This document shows positions 26,758 through 41,650 of a stretch of DNA of 64,000 bases, piece after piece. The notes beneath the pieces are model-generated. The model was not told the origin of the DNA. It did not search any database and worked only from the letters and a program-made list of their open reading frames with translations. Source of the stretch: Eledone cirrhosa (taxonomy: Eukaryota). The position numbers and the translations under genes are program-made. Where the stretch lies: NCBI GenBank assembly GCA_964016885.1, contig OZ024741.1, positions 365,986,001 to 366,050,000 of the forward strand. Direction: 5' to 3'. Each line of letters begins with the position of its first letter. The stretch's first letter is position 1.

Positions 26758-26826
26758 AATTACAGCAAATACAGTGAACTTTTAAAAATGTATTTTAAAA
26801 CTTTTTCTTATTTTTTCTAAACCTTG

Positions 26827-26880
<54 letters not shown>

Positions 26881-26881
<1 letters not shown>

Positions 26882-27102
26882 CTGGACGTGCTCACCGACA
26901 TCCAGAGTTGACATTGCACTCAGTGCTCCTGTGGGAGCCCCTACATGGACACACTGGAAGACGAAGACCAAGGTTAACGTATGTTGATGCCCTAAGGACA
27001 GACACTGGTCTGTTGGAGACGCTGGACATGGCAGCGATAATGAGGGACAGAGACCGCTGGAGAGGAATCGTCCATGGATCTCGGGAATTTTACCCGCCCT
27101 AG
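26881..27102 (+). pseudogene. RTE-clade LINE 3' terminal fragment inserted in (TA)n
   Basis: AHRHPELTLHSVLLWEPLHGHTGRRRPRLTYVDALRTDTG..MRDRDRWRGIV. Confidence 0.85.
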
Positions 27103-27188
27103 ATATGTGTATATATATATATATAGTCATGTTTGTGTCTGGCTGGTTCGTTTTCAGATTTGATGTGATTTTTGTTGTATTAACGCTT

Positions 27189-27270
27189 GCCTGAAGATCA
27201 GGTGAACATGGAGTCTGGTCTGGGATGACCCAAGATCACGAACTGGGTGCCTGGGAAACATTTGTAACTG
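27189..27270 (+). ncRNA. Degenerate hammerhead-like motif
   Basis: CTGAAGA-TCAGG...CCTGG-GAAAC-attt-GTA; stem I not retained. Confidence 0.4.
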
Positions 27271-27326
27271 GGTTGAACAATAAATCTCATATGTAACACC
27301 TCCACTTTGTTCTTATTATATATATG

Positions 27327-27365
<39 letters not shown>

Positions 27366-28314
27366 ACATACGTATATATATGTATATTAAGATATACGCT
27401 AAGCACCTGCAAGTGAGCGATAAATTTCTAAATCTGTATATATACAGAATGGGTAATCGAACCTTCGACAATACACATGTTTCATCTGTTGACATGCCAT
27501 AAAATACGAATTTCCCTCTAAATTGAGAAAATGATAAGCACGTTCAATCGTTTTTCGGTGCTATTTGGATCCTCACCAGAAGGCGTGTATATCACCGATA
27601 CAAACTCAATGAAACAGGCATTTGATGGGTATATATACCGGTTCGCTCATGATATTATTGCGAAAGGAACGTACTAATTTGCATATATTTAAGCTGGAGG
27701 TAGTTAATTAAGATACGTATATGGAGGTGTGCTAAGCAACTGAATTGATTCGATAAAATTATATCTGCATACACCCAAAGCTATACGACACTGTACATAT
27801 ATATATTTATATATATATATAATATTTATATATATGTATATATATTTATGACAAGTCAGTATGTTTTTGAAACAGCGAGCGAGTTTGAAATTAGAAATAA
27901 AAGCTTTCGCCGCATTTATTGACTAAAGACAGTAAAGATGAGTATTGACGTCCAGTACTCAATACTCATCTTTTTCCATTTCTTAGAGGGTTCTAAACAC
28001 CACTATCAGCTTAAAATGTCTTTGTATGTATGTATGTATATATGTATGTATGTATTTATACATTTTTTTTTCGCTGTTTTATTACTGTTTTCTCTTTTCT
28101 TCCCCTTTGCTTTCCTTCCCTCCCTCCTTCGTTTTCCCAATAACTTATCCAGTTATTGACGCCCTGGGCGGTAGATATCTTGTCTTTAAAGCGTAGAAAT
28201 ATCCGAGACCCCCAGTGGACAACTGATGAGGACCCCCCCCCCTCTTGCTTTCTTCGTATTCCCACTGCACTTTAAGTTACCTTAAATAGCAACTACACAA
28301 CCATTTCTATTCTC

Positions 28315-28369
<55 letters not shown>

Positions 28370-28962
28370 GTCCGTGTAGTTGTATGTGTGTGAGTATATA
28401 CATGTGTGAGAGTGTCATGATAGACTGCAATCCTCAACTTCACCTTTCAACATATATTGACCTATTACTATAGGACAATACCATATTCAATGCTGTTTAC
28501 ATTTAACGGCAATAACGATATACAGTTCTAATGTTGTCACTAAATTTGTAAGAAATAGCAGCAAGATCCTCTTCAATTTTTTAAACAGTTTTACAATTGG
28601 ACAGCACATAACATAGTCCTATATATACAATATATATATGAGAAATGACTTTGAAAATAAACATAAACAGTAGGCTCTAATCACGCTCCTTTGAGAGCGG
28701 GTCGGAACAATTATTGCAGGAAAGAACAACATTAACAACAATAATAAACAAAAACCTTTATGTCCAACTGCAGTTTATATATCTGAAGCCATTTAAACGT
28801 GACATGTGTAGAAAAAGTTAACGTGTGCATAGCCAAGTGTCTTTTAGCACGTATTTATACATATGTAACACGCCTGCTTGTCTATACACAACTACATCTG
28901 TCTGAGCATCCAGTTCTTTGTGGTTGTAATTCGCAATACACCCGAATATGCTTTTCTTTTTC

Positions 28963-29039
<77 letters not shown>

Positions 29040-29142
29040 ATGTAGATTGTCGTCATCTAAATATCTTATCCATCTATCTATCTATCTGTCTGTCGATCTA
29101 ACTATCTATCTATCTATCTATATATCTAGCTTTCTATCTATC

Positions 29143-29191
<49 letters not shown>

Positions 29192-29192
29192 C

Positions 29193-29226
<34 letters not shown>

Positions 29227-29594
29227 TGTGTGTGTGGTGTCCACTCTGCTAAGACTGGGAAGTCCAGGAATCCGGCTAGTACAAAGTAAATACAGAAAAG
29301 AGGGAAGAAGAGGTAAATTCTCAACCGAATCAAATTGACTTCCACATGTGGTATTCAAATCCAATACATATATCTGGGTGCAGCTGCCGTAGTAGGATTT
29401 CAATGTTTGGTACTACACCATTATTGTTATATGGTTGTTTTAATATCAATGTTATTTGACTTTCAGTGTTGTATTATATCACTGCAATCAACGAAATATT
29501 ATATAATCTGGCTTAAGCACACCGCATCAGTTGTACCCATATACGTAATATCTCGTATCACGTACACCGGTATCCGAAGGTGTATTGGTGTGTG

Positions 29595-29699
29595 AATAAA
29601 TATGAAGACACGGTTCTACATTTCTATACTTCAATTTGTTAAATAATTATTTAATAAATTGAAGCATGGATATGTAAAACCGGTGTCTTCATATGTATT
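29595..29699. repeat. Imperfect palindrome abutting (TA)n
   Basis: ATATGAAGACAC..CTTCAATTT..AAATAATTATTT..AAATTGAAG..GTGTCTTCATAT. Confidence 0.8.
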
Positions 29700-29726
29700 A
29701 TTTTAATAAATATATATATATATATA

Positions 29727-29962
29727 CGCAGTGCACCCTACGGCTGCTTTAAGTGTGGCCGAAACTCGAGTCCGGGAACTATTATAGGCACCCGTTTTAC
29801 GTGTGTTGTATTGAAGCGAATAACTATGTGTATACTCTGTGAGTGTATCCTACATTGCCTATTGAGTACGCTGAGATACAACCGGTCCTGGCATTGATAA
29901 ATATGCTGGGTCCGTCAACTCCTTATATATATATATATATGCTGGGTTCGTCAACTCCTTAT

Positions 29963-30034
<72 letters not shown>

Positions 30035-30070
30035 ATAAGGAGTTGACGGACCCAGCATATTTATCAATAT
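29727..30070 (+). mobile_element. PLE-type pLTR 3' fragment with HHR 3' half and duplicated/inverted terminus
   Basis: GGCC-GAAAC-TCGA-GTC at ~29757-29772; ATGCTGGGTCCGTCAACTCCTTAT is direct at ~29903 and ~29939 and inverted at ~30036-30060. Confidence 0.7.
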
Positions 30071-30152
30071 ATATATGTATATATATATACATATATATAC
30101 ATATTTATCAATATATATATATATATATATACATATATATACATATTTATCA

Positions 30153-30208
<56 letters not shown>

Positions 30209-30278
30209 TAGTTCATGTATATACATATTTATATATTTATTAGTTCATATATATACATACATATATATATATATATAT

Positions 30279-30324
<46 letters not shown>

Positions 30325-30365
30325 TATTATATATATTATTTTTATTATTATTATTATTATTATTA

Positions 30366-30477
30366 TCAAATCCCGCCGAGGTTAACTTGCCTGTCATCCT
30401 TACGGGGTCAATAAAATAAAGTACCAGTAATACACTGGGATAATTGCTAACCTTGTGCCAAAAGTAGAAACAATTAT
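30366..30477 (+). mobile_element. SINE family 1, 3' part
   Basis: CAAATCCCGCCGAGGTTAAC...GTGCCAAAAGTAGAAACAATTAT. Confidence 0.85.
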
Positions 30478-30981
30478 AGAATATATGTATGTTTGTATGT
30501 ATGTATCTATATGTATATGCATGGATGTATGCATGTATGTATGTATGCATGTATGAATGTGTTTGTGTATTTATGTATGTATGTGTATGCGTGTATGTGT
30601 GCGTTTAAGTATGCATGTATATGAGCATATATGCTTGCATGTAAATAGGAATGTATATATGTTTTTCTCATTCCATCACATTGCACCTTGTGCAAGTGCC
30701 ATACGTCATAACTTCGTATCGACCCCGAAATACACGTGTCTGTGGGTTGGTACGCCACTTTCACCTTAATTAGAGTACAGTCCATTCTGTGTGTATCTTT
30801 GCATGTATTACGTATGTGTGTGTGTTTTTGTGTATATATGTTTATATTTTTATGAATATGTATATATATTTGCGTGTGTGTTTGTATATGAATCCATGTA
30901 TGTATGTAGGCATCCATCTATGCATATGTATGTATATGTGTATACGTATTAATATATATATATATATGTGCGTATATATGA

Positions 30982-31013
<32 letters not shown>

Positions 31014-31058
31014 CTATGTATATATATATATATGTATCTGTGTATGCATATGTGTATC

Positions 31059-31096
<38 letters not shown>

Positions 31097-31254
31097 GATA
31101 CAAATATGCATATACAAATAGATAAATATACATAGACACACACACATATATATTAGGTATAAATCGAAGTTGTAGCTGCCATATATATATATATATATAC
31201 ATGTATAATAAGTTGACGAGAGACCAGCATGGGTTTCACCGCTAGTACTGGTTG

Positions 31255-31321
<67 letters not shown>

Positions 31322-31339
31322 GTTTATATATATATGTGT

Positions 31340-31505
<166 letters not shown>

Positions 31506-32183
31506 GTGTATAGGTGTCGGATAGCTGTAAAAATAAAAATGTGCAACAGCACCGATGAAAGCAGGCGTCAGTCTTACACTGAGACAAGTGTTCGCATTCT
31601 TGGTCACATGTAGCGAGCCGATATATGCTCGCTTCCGTAAGAATCTCTTGTACTTCCCCTTTTTCTCTTTATCTGTATATAAAACTCCTTTCTCTCCACT
31701 GTTTCTCTCCCTATCTATACCTCTATCTCTCTTTCACTTGCTGCATTCCGAGCTGTTGTTGTGCTTTCGTCTAGGCGTTCGCCTCTATTCATTCAACCAA
31801 CAATTCATTCATTCATTCCTTCATTCATTCGTTTATTCGTTCATTTGTTCTTTTTTCGATCGTTCGTTCTTTCATTCGTTCGTTTTTTTTATTCAATTTT
31901 TCATGACATCATTATCATTCATTCAATAATTGCTGCTGTTGCTTCGTTATTACAATATACTATAAACTAAATGAGAAACAATATATTTTTCTGCAATAGC
32001 AGCAGCAGCAACAACAAACAACGACTACAACAACAACGACAACAACTACAACAACAACAAGAATACCAACGAAAGACAATAACTGTACCCCCCCCCCCCT
32101 CTCGTAAAACCACAGACCACACAATGAAAGCAAAGAAAGAAGGAACATAAGTCTAACCAAAATACCCACTCCCGTCGAAACAC

Positions 32184-32238
<55 letters not shown>

Positions 32239-32318
32239 CACATACACAAAGCAATGAAAGAAAGAACGAAAAAAAGAAAGAAAGAGGAAAATGAATGAAA
32301 GACAGACAAAGAAGAAAT

Positions 32319-32497
32319 ATAATTGTTTCTACTTTTGGCACAAGGCCAGCAATTACCCAGTGCATTACTGGTACTTTATTTTATCGACCCCGTAAGGATG
32401 AAAGGCAAAGTCAACCTCGGCGGGATTTGAACTCAGATCGTAAAGGGACGTAACTATGCTGGAAAGCATGGCGTCCGGCCCTCTACCGATACTGCCA
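32319..32497 (-). mobile_element. SINE family 1
   Basis: Reverse complement of the 8297-type sequence. Confidence 0.9.
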
Positions 32498-33258
32498 GAA
32501 GAAATATAATGAAGGAAAGAAAGAAATTCTAGAAGAATGAAGAAGATAAAGAGGCAGGAATTAAGTGAACACTCGAGAATACTTTTAACAGACGACACAA
32601 CCGCCTAGCGTTCCGTCGTCGCATCTTGTTTTCGTTGAATTCATTTCCGTTCTTCTATTGCTGTGTTTTCACTGCTGATGTTACTGCTGTTGTTGTTATC
32701 GTTGTTGTTTATATAATTATTATTACAATTATTACTATTGATCTTTCTATTCTTGTTGTTGTTGCTGTTGTTTTATTATTATCATACTGATTTCTGTAAT
32801 TGGTCACAAGGGTTCACGGCGTTGGCAGATAAAAAAAACTAATACCACAAGGTTGAAAAACTACACAAAGTGGGGGTTTTGTCGTCTAAAAGGAAGGGAA
32901 AAATTGACAAATGAAAAACAGTAGATATAATAACAGTAGATATAATAACACTTTCTTTACTATTTATTTATTTACTCATTTATATATTATTTATTTATAA
33001 AGTAGATTTAATAACAATAATCGTAATAGACAGTAACGATAAGTAGTAATGATATTATTGCGATCAAATATCAACAACAACAATAAAAATATTATCGTCT
33101 GCTGATTGGAAAATACCTTCTGTTCACCACACTACACTACTTTCATCATCAACGGTGCTTTCTTATCTAGCTTGCTCTGATTTTAACATTTTCCTCTACA
33201 CTCCAGACCACACCACACGTTTCTTGTTCTCCTATAGCGTAGGGGGAAACTCTTTATA

Positions 33259-33370
<112 letters not shown>

Positions 33371-34631
33371 CTGGTAGGTGGTGATCCACGAGAACGAGGA
33401 TAATTCTTCATTTGATTTTGTATTTTGTATTTTACTGTTGTAATTGTTTTGGTTTATATACTTTTCCTCACCCTCTCTCCTCATTATTGCTTTGCGATCT
33501 AAACCTCCTCCTCCCCTTCCCTCTCACTTACCTGCTTTCCTGCCAATTTATCTGTCTATCAATTCTCTCTCTCTCTCCCTATCGCAATATATATTTCTCC
33601 TTTTCTCTCATTGTACATACACGTACTACAAGTTCACGCCTATACACGGAGGCGCATATACGTATATACACTCGCACACAAATTCACTCTCTGTTTTCGT
33701 CTGCCTTTCTCTCCTCTTTCCTCATCTTGCCACCTACTTATCTATCTATTTATCTATCTATCTGTCTGTCTGTAAATCATCTCAAGTTCACTAACACTCG
33801 CTCTGGTTTTATTTCGCTTGTTTGTTTTTTTTACACGCATACATACATATACATACATAAACACACATAAAGATATACACATACCTTTTTATTCCATCTA
33901 GCCAACCAATCTTCAGATAACCCACCCAAACAACCAGCCTCGTTCTCGGCGTACAACTCGTCACACACAACACAACACATTATACCCAAAATCCTGCAAA
34001 ACTCCATCACAATCACTTCATTTTCAGTGAGGAAACTCAATTAATAACAACACAACACTAAGGTTATTGAACCGTGTTTCTTATATTATTTAACATAGTG
34101 AAACCATACAAGGCTCGACAAAAATATCATTATTACTTAGGAAAAGTGGCCATTTACCCGGAATGACAACCCTAACACATTTTTTTAACTGATCCGAAAC
34201 TATACAGACTATTTTCATTTTTCTTTTTTCCTTTTTTATAGATATTTTTGTGTCTTTTTTTTTTATTAATTTGTTTGTCTTCATTTTCATTTCCTCTCTT
34301 TATTTATTTCTTCATCTTAATGTTCACGTTTTACCCAAGGGTTTTATTTTGACTAGAACAGAAAATAATTAAATCTAGAATTTAATTAGTTTGTTTTGAA
34401 GAAAAAAAAATGTTTTAAAAACCAATGTAACGAAAACAAACTCCTCTCAAAATTGAAAATATCAAATATATAAAAAAAAAAGTAAAGGAAAATTCCAGCA
34501 GACAGTATATCAGTTGAAATAATCTGAGAATAACGGAACCATATACCCATTGTTAGGTAAGTAAATATTATATCTCACGTCATCAAATAATACACCAACA
34601 CAAAAGCAATACATATATTCTGAAGCAATGT

Positions 34632-34711
34632 GTGGCAGTGATTTCGAAGTATCAGCGATGCTGCCTTTTCTGATTAAAGTGGCATCATCCACACTTCGAA
34701 ATCACTGTCAC
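34632..34711. repeat. Stem-loop with 19-bp outer arms and an inner stem
   Basis: GTGGCAGTGATTTCGAAGT/ACTTCGAAATCACTGTCAC; inner GATGCTGC/GTGGCATC. Confidence 0.75.
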
Positions 34712-34910
34712 CCTTTTCTTCGGAATTGTACTTAAAAGACCCCTTCAATATATATATATATATATATATATCTGTGTGTATGGGGGGGGGGGGTCTGTGT
34801 GTATGTATATATATATATTTATGAATACATATATGTGTGTGTATGTATGTATCACACACATATATACATATATACATATATATGTATATATATATATATA
34901 TATATGTATA

Positions 34911-34999
<89 letters not shown>

Positions 35000-35003
<4 letters not shown>

Positions 35004-35084
35004 ATATATATATACTATTTATATGTATGTATCATATATATGTATGTTTGTATGAATATATATATATATATGTGTGTGTGTATG

Positions 35085-35137
<53 letters not shown>

Positions 35138-35151
35138 CATATATATATGTA

Positions 35152-35190
<39 letters not shown>

Positions 35191-35468
35191 CATGTATATA
35201 TATATATGTATGTCTGTATCATATATATATGTATGTATGTATCATATATATATGTATGTATGAATATATATATATATATATATGTATGTATCATATATAT
35301 ATATGTATGTATGTATCATATATATATGTATGTATGTATGAATATATATATATATATATAAATATATATATATATGTATGTATCATATATATGTATGTAT
35401 GTATCATATATATGTATGTATGTATCATATATATGTATGTATGTATCATATATATATATGTATGTATG

Positions 35469-35499
<31 letters not shown>

Positions 35500-35613
35500 G
35501 TATCATATATATATATGTATGTATCATATATATATATATATATGTATGTATCATATATGTATATATGTATATGTATATATGTATCATATGTATGTATCAT
35601 ATATATATATAAG

Positions 35614-35700
<87 letters not shown>
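35000..35700. repeat. Microsatellite-derived minisatellite (TATGTATGTATCATATATA)n
   Basis: More than 15 recurrences of GTATCATATATA with variable (TA) length. Confidence 0.9.
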
Positions 35701-35711
<11 letters not shown>

Positions 35712-37424
35712 GTGTGTGTGTGTGTCTTTCTCTGTCTGTACATGTGTATGTGTATGTGTGTGTACACAATCATTATCAACGTTAATGTTAGCTAGGGAAG
35801 CCTCTGACGTGGTTTCTCAAACAGGTAGAAATACCTGCCAAATTTCCCTCCAATCCCATGCTACCGTCTTAGAAAAAGAGACAAAAAAGCATACATTCGA
35901 TATTGTAGCAATCTTAGTATGGAATAGTTACGGCTTAAATGTCTTTGATTATAGGTACATTCGATGAGGTCAGGATTTGACCTCGTTGTGAGAAAGGGTT
36001 AAACAGCAATAACAGCAATGTCAAAAACAACAATAACATTATAAGTCTACGTTGATGTTTTGTAAGTTCCTGGGAGGGGAAATACTCGAGCAGCCCTAAT
36101 TCAGTGTACACTTAATATGTTTTTATTTTATCGTAGCCGGGAAAATGAGAGACTAGGTGACCAGGTCGATTTTTCTCGAGGGCCCCTTGGTAGGGAGCAA
36201 CAGTTAATTTAATTTTATATTAGGATTTTTGACTGACACAACCATCACTGTACCCAATCCATATCAATAAAGACGATAATAATAACAATTGTCCTTAATT
36301 TAGGAACAAGGCCAGTAGTGAGGGGCAGGCGGGGGAATGTCGATTATGTTTCGCCAATATTGAATTGTCACTTTATTTTATCGAACTCAGTATGTACAGA
36401 ACCGGAACAAATCTCACGTAGCATTTGTTTCGACGCTCTAACAACAATTATAATAGCAAATGAAGCCTTCACGTAATCTTTCGACATAATAGAAATAGCT
36501 GACAAAGTATCTCTCATAAGGCCCAACTGTCTTGAGTAACCAAAGAGCACATTCGACAATATAGTTCAAGTTTTACAACAAAGCTGTTAATATCAGAGCC
36601 GACTCTATGTTAAACAACAACAAAAAAACAATACTAATAAATTTGACTGGTAGATTTATCCAGTTGTCTGGTTTAACATATTAACTTAGGTCTATGTTCT
36701 CGTAGTCCACCGTACATTTCGACCAGGTTTGAGATTTGAGGATCACTTCCTCCTTCTTTACTCTTAGTCTCGGAAGGACCAGAAAGACTCAAGGGCGCTA
36801 CTCTTTCATCCTTGAGCTTTCGGTTATAAAAGTAAAGATACTGAAGAGGGAAAAGCAACATGTTCGATAGGTTAACGTAACTGTTATAAATACATAAAGA
36901 GATATGTTTTAACATTAACGAATCGATGGGGATTTTATTGTGGTTTAGGACAAAGTAGTTAAATAGATTTAATAAAGCTATTCCAACCATGACAGCCCTT
37001 CCTCGACTCTTTTGTATATCAGAGACTGAGCATATTTTCTAACTCATTCTAGCCTGTAGGGCATGATTTGAAATAGATTTAGCTGCTATTTCTAGCACAT
37101 ATATCAACCACGAAGAAGCTCTCTTCTTGTCGACTAGATTAACAAGCCGTTATTTTTGACGAAGATCAAAACCAATTTTTTACGAGGAATATGTTGTTTA
37201 AATAATATCTAGAGTGTTACTGGTATTTATTTGTGTAGTGGCATGATTATTGTTTACATACGGATGATAGCCTGAGAAAGCTGAGAGAGATGTCATGTTG
37301 ATAACTTTCCGCTTTCCAAAGGGTATTGTTGATATTAAAATCGGGTTCAGTGGAAAATCGAACCCAAGTCGTAATTTTCTTTTCATTGAAAATTTACTAA
37401 CGTGGGATTAGAATTTACTAGGAC

Positions 37425-37715
37425 TGGGATTAGTGGTTTAGGTGTTCGGTTCACGGTATTATGGTTGTGTGTTCGATTCCCGGCTGCGCTTTGTGTCCTT
37501 GAATAAGACATACTATTGTACGTTGCTCTAGTCTACACGTCTGAAAAATGTGGTTGGTGTAATTCAAAGGGTCAGTCTTGTCCCACATTGTCTTGATAAT
37601 CCTCAAGAGAATTATATGATGTTTGCACGTGTGCCTGTGGAATGTTCAGCCGTTTGCACAGTAATTTTCCTAGAAAGCTGTTCCGGTTTTCAAATGAGTA
37701 GAACATTCTTCCGTC
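37425..37715 (+). mobile_element. SINE family 2
   Basis: TAGTGGTTTAGG A box, GTTCGATTCCC B box, TGTGTCCTTGAATAAGAC; related copies near 21520, 49655, 60478, 61895 and 62270. Confidence 0.8.
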
Positions 37716-38314
37716 ATCGGAAGATACTCAGATCCAATTCACACACCGTAACGGATTACAGATGTTTACGAACGAATGTTCTTCAACCAGTCACGAAATA
37801 ATCATATGATAGGACTTAGGGCCCTATCATTAAAATACCCAAGAAACATCTTACGAGGTATAACCTCGTAGAAGGCAAACTAAATCTACATAAGTGTGAG
37901 CTGTCACAATAACAACAATAACAAACAGATAACAAACATACACCTGCACTGTGATATTCCGTTGCCTTTTCTAAGCGCATTTAGAGCCTCAAGAGAACTG
38001 AAACGGCTTCAGTTTGTGAACAAGTAGTAACGATGGTAATAATCATGTAGTACCTGCACATATATGCAGGAGTGCTTCTACATGTAGATGAATGTGTGCA
38101 TATATATATAAACATAAATATATATGTATGTGTATGAATATATGATTGTGCATATGTATATGTGTATGTATGTATATATATATATCTGTGTGTGTGTGTG
38201 CGCTTGTATATATCAATATATGTATGTATGCATAGATATATTTATATACATTTGCATATATATATATCTATTTATATATTTTATATATATAGGCTATTTA
38301 TATATATGTGTGTA

Positions 38315-38363
<49 letters not shown>

Positions 38364-38581
38364 GAATATGCATATATGTATATATATGACTATGTATATA
38401 TATATATATATTGGTAATTTAAAACTCTAATTCAGTGATTTGATTCTGACTTAGTTCTTTTCTATTTAATTGCTAAACCTGTAGATATTGTTCTCTATAC
38501 AGTAACGGTAAAAGTCACTTGTAATAATTCCTTACACACATCTCACTGTGTAACACACTTCAATTTGTGTAATATATTTGC

Positions 38582-38633
<52 letters not shown>

Positions 38634-38658
38634 GTTTATATATATATATGTATAGATA

Positions 38659-38689
<31 letters not shown>

Positions 38690-38692
<3 letters not shown>

Positions 38693-38890
38693 GGAAAATG
38701 TATGACCCCGACGGCAGAGCTCAAGGTGTTTCGACGGCTATTTCTGAAATAGTCCAGAAATAGGTCGTCGAAACGGTTTGAGCTCTGCCGTCGGCGTCAT
38801 ACATTTTCCTATTACCCACTCTACTACCCTAAGTATTGAGTACTCAGGTGCGTTATGGTCCATCTGGTTCCTCACCATAACTCCTTCGTT
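38690..38890 (+). mobile_element. Fold-back mini-element family A, copy 2
   Basis: Homologous to 7504-7700, with the same fold-back and (TA)n flanks. Confidence 0.85.
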
Positions 38891-38895
38891 ATATA

Positions 38896-38942
<47 letters not shown>

Positions 38943-39453
38943 GGTCTCTCTCTTCGTATATCACTTTAGTTCATCCATATTTATGCATCAGCCTGCATTT
39001 AGTTGGGAAGACAGGACTTTGAGCGGAGCACTATAGGTTTGATCGGGTCTATGGACAATACGAAATTTTTGAAAGTTCTTTATTCCATCATGCCAAATAA
39101 TTCTTCGTTTTTCCTCTGTCAGCAGCTAGAGCGTCAAACGAAATAAGAGTTATTTCCACAGACTTGAAATTGTACTTCAGTTTGTCTCTGTATCTGAGTA
39201 ATGATCTGCCTACATTAGTGCTACAAAATTAACTTGACTATATAGTAAATATAGCTTGGTTGTGTGGAACTCAGTCATCCGAAGGACATGAAAAGTCCGT
39301 CTGAGTTGGGACTGCATCAGATATGACACGATCCACAGATATTGCATTGTAAACAGATTGGAATTGCGGAATCTGTCAGAAAGTGCATAACCACACATAG
39401 ATCGAAGACAATATTTGTGTAAGACAAGCTTATATATATGTGCGCGATAAAAT

Positions 39454-39500
<47 letters not shown>

Positions 39501-39544
39501 GAAAGGTATAGAAAACATTGTAGTGAAAAGCCAACAGTATTCCA

Positions 39545-39582
<38 letters not shown>

Positions 39583-39590
39583 ATACATAC

Positions 39591-39729
<139 letters not shown>

Positions 39730-39746
39730 TGCGTGTGTGCGTGTGT

Positions 39747-39990
39747 GTACGAGGGTCTGCTGAAAAGTTCATAAGCTGACCATTATACTGTCATGGAATG
39801 TGGCTAAATGAGATTAATTTTTCCAAATAATCCCTCCCTCTTGCTGTCGACACTCTTCTGCTGTGCTGTAGTGCTTGGAACCCATTGGTCAAAAATACAT
39901 ACACAGGAGATATGACGTCATTATCACTGCGATACTGGTTCTCAGCCGTGTTTTCTCATGTTGGGGAAAAGGTCATAGTTAAATGAAACA
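39747..39990 (-). mobile_element. Mariner terminal remnant
   Basis: TA-CGAGGGTCTGCTGAAAAGTTC resembles a mariner TIR; adjacent sequence resembles a decayed transposase C-terminus. Confidence 0.55.
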
Positions 39991-40009
39991 CATGCCCAAA
40001 ATATTGGAG

Positions 40010-41650
40010 CTGTGATCTCTCAATTCGGAGAACTAGTGGCTCTAACTAGAGTGACTTTCTGATCTCCGAGCTACGCACTCTATCGAGTAACGTTACTCTG
40101 AAAAAACCCTTCGGAGGAATACTATTTTGGCCGCTTGAATTCGCGATCGTATTCTTTCGGTCACTACCCAAGATTCATGACCATATGTAAGGGTTGGCAT
40201 GCATACCGAATTGAAGATAGCGAGTTTAGCATTTACGCCTACCCCGCTTCTTCTGATTACCGAATGCTGAAGCTGGCTCATTACTACACAAACTCCTGAA
40301 ATTTTTGCATTTAATTCAGCATCCTGCCTTCCATCACTCACGAACATTGCTCCAAGATACTTTAATTTCTCCACCTGCTTCAGTGGAACTCCATTTACAT
40401 GTAGAGTACACTGCGCAAACTTGCTTGAGAAGGCGAGTGTCTCAGTTTTTGCAGCACTGAATTTCATTCAAGCCATCAAACCTATCAGGTGTAAATCGGA
40501 ATCACCTTTTGTCGAATTAAGTAAGTACATGTCGGCTGCAAATTCTGACTCACTGATTTTACACCCACCAGTCGTGATACCACTTCCAACCTGTGCACGT
40601 CAATCCTGTTCATGGAAATAATGAACAAGAGAGGTGTCAGTACGAACCTATGGTGGAGTTCGACTCCCACATTGAAATGTTACGATTTAGCACCATTTAT
40701 CCGAACACAAATACTCAGGCATTTGTATAGAGACATCATGACAGCAAGAAGCTGACTACCAACCCCATATTCCTACAGAAACTTCCACAGCAAGTCCCGA
40801 ATAACGCGGTCATATGCCTATTCGAGGTCTACAGAACAATAATATACCTCTTGGCACCATCCCCATATGTACCCCGTGTACATTGTACATCAGAAGATGC
40901 TTTTGTGATCGGGTTTTGGTGATCAGCAAAGTATTCGCACCAGCTCGCAAGGATGCACTACTCCGAAGAGAGGAGAATCGCAAGCGAGTTCGTGATAGCA
41001 GATGTGGAGGAGGGCTTCTTATTACGAAGTTAGTGGATGGTCTCCCAGAACATTTCACTTGCTGATCTGAAATGTGATTTCAGCTTAACCCAACGTCCTC
41101 CCAAGTCTTAACTTTGGTCGGCTGCTTGTAGCGCAAGTGCAAGAAGGAGGACTTATTTCCAAGTAAAACTTGTAGGTCTCCTTCTTTGTTCGGATAGAAT
41201 ATTTCACCTCTTCATTGAACTGCCATCATAGGCCACACCAAGCCTCTTTCACCCGCAGCATTTAACAGTTCAAGCAGAAACTACTGAGCTGAACAATGTT
41301 CACCCTGTCTCGGTTTGCTCATTAAGTTCTCTGAATTTGGAGGCAATAGTATCTACATACCTGGTTCTAACTTGCTTCTCCGCCAACACATCCCTCTTTA
41401 TCATGTAGGTCTCCCTGGACCTGCCAGATTTGTGGGCTTCTTTGGCTTTAGGTTGTTTCAAGTTGCAGATAAGTAGATGGTGATCAGTTGACAGTTCAGC
41501 CCCTCTCTTAACACAAACATCCAAAACATAATCAAAGAGATCAGAGACAATAACAAATCAATTATTGATCTGTGTCCCTGATTCTCCTTATAACATGTAT
41601 ATTTATGGATGACTATGTGCTGGAAGAAGGTGTTCATAATAGAGAGTCCA
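40010..41650 (-). pseudogene. Decayed RTE-clade LINE (APE end and RT)
   Basis: DVCVKRGAELSTDHHLL; LTPLLFIISMNRI; LKQVEKLKYLG; PTLTYGHESWV..RIQAA..FLRR. Confidence 0.9.

Noticed and set aside
31514-31640. Possible host exon (ATG at 31555, C|GTAAGA donor-like site)
   Set aside because: No homology or supporting exons; could be chance
32540-32640. Possible first coding exon on the minus strand (MRRRNARRLCRLLK)
   Set aside because: Short, with a weak donor site and no corroboration from sequence alone
35000-35700. CRISPR-like periodicity
   Set aside because: Spacers are only variable (TA)n; eukaryotic context with no cas genes
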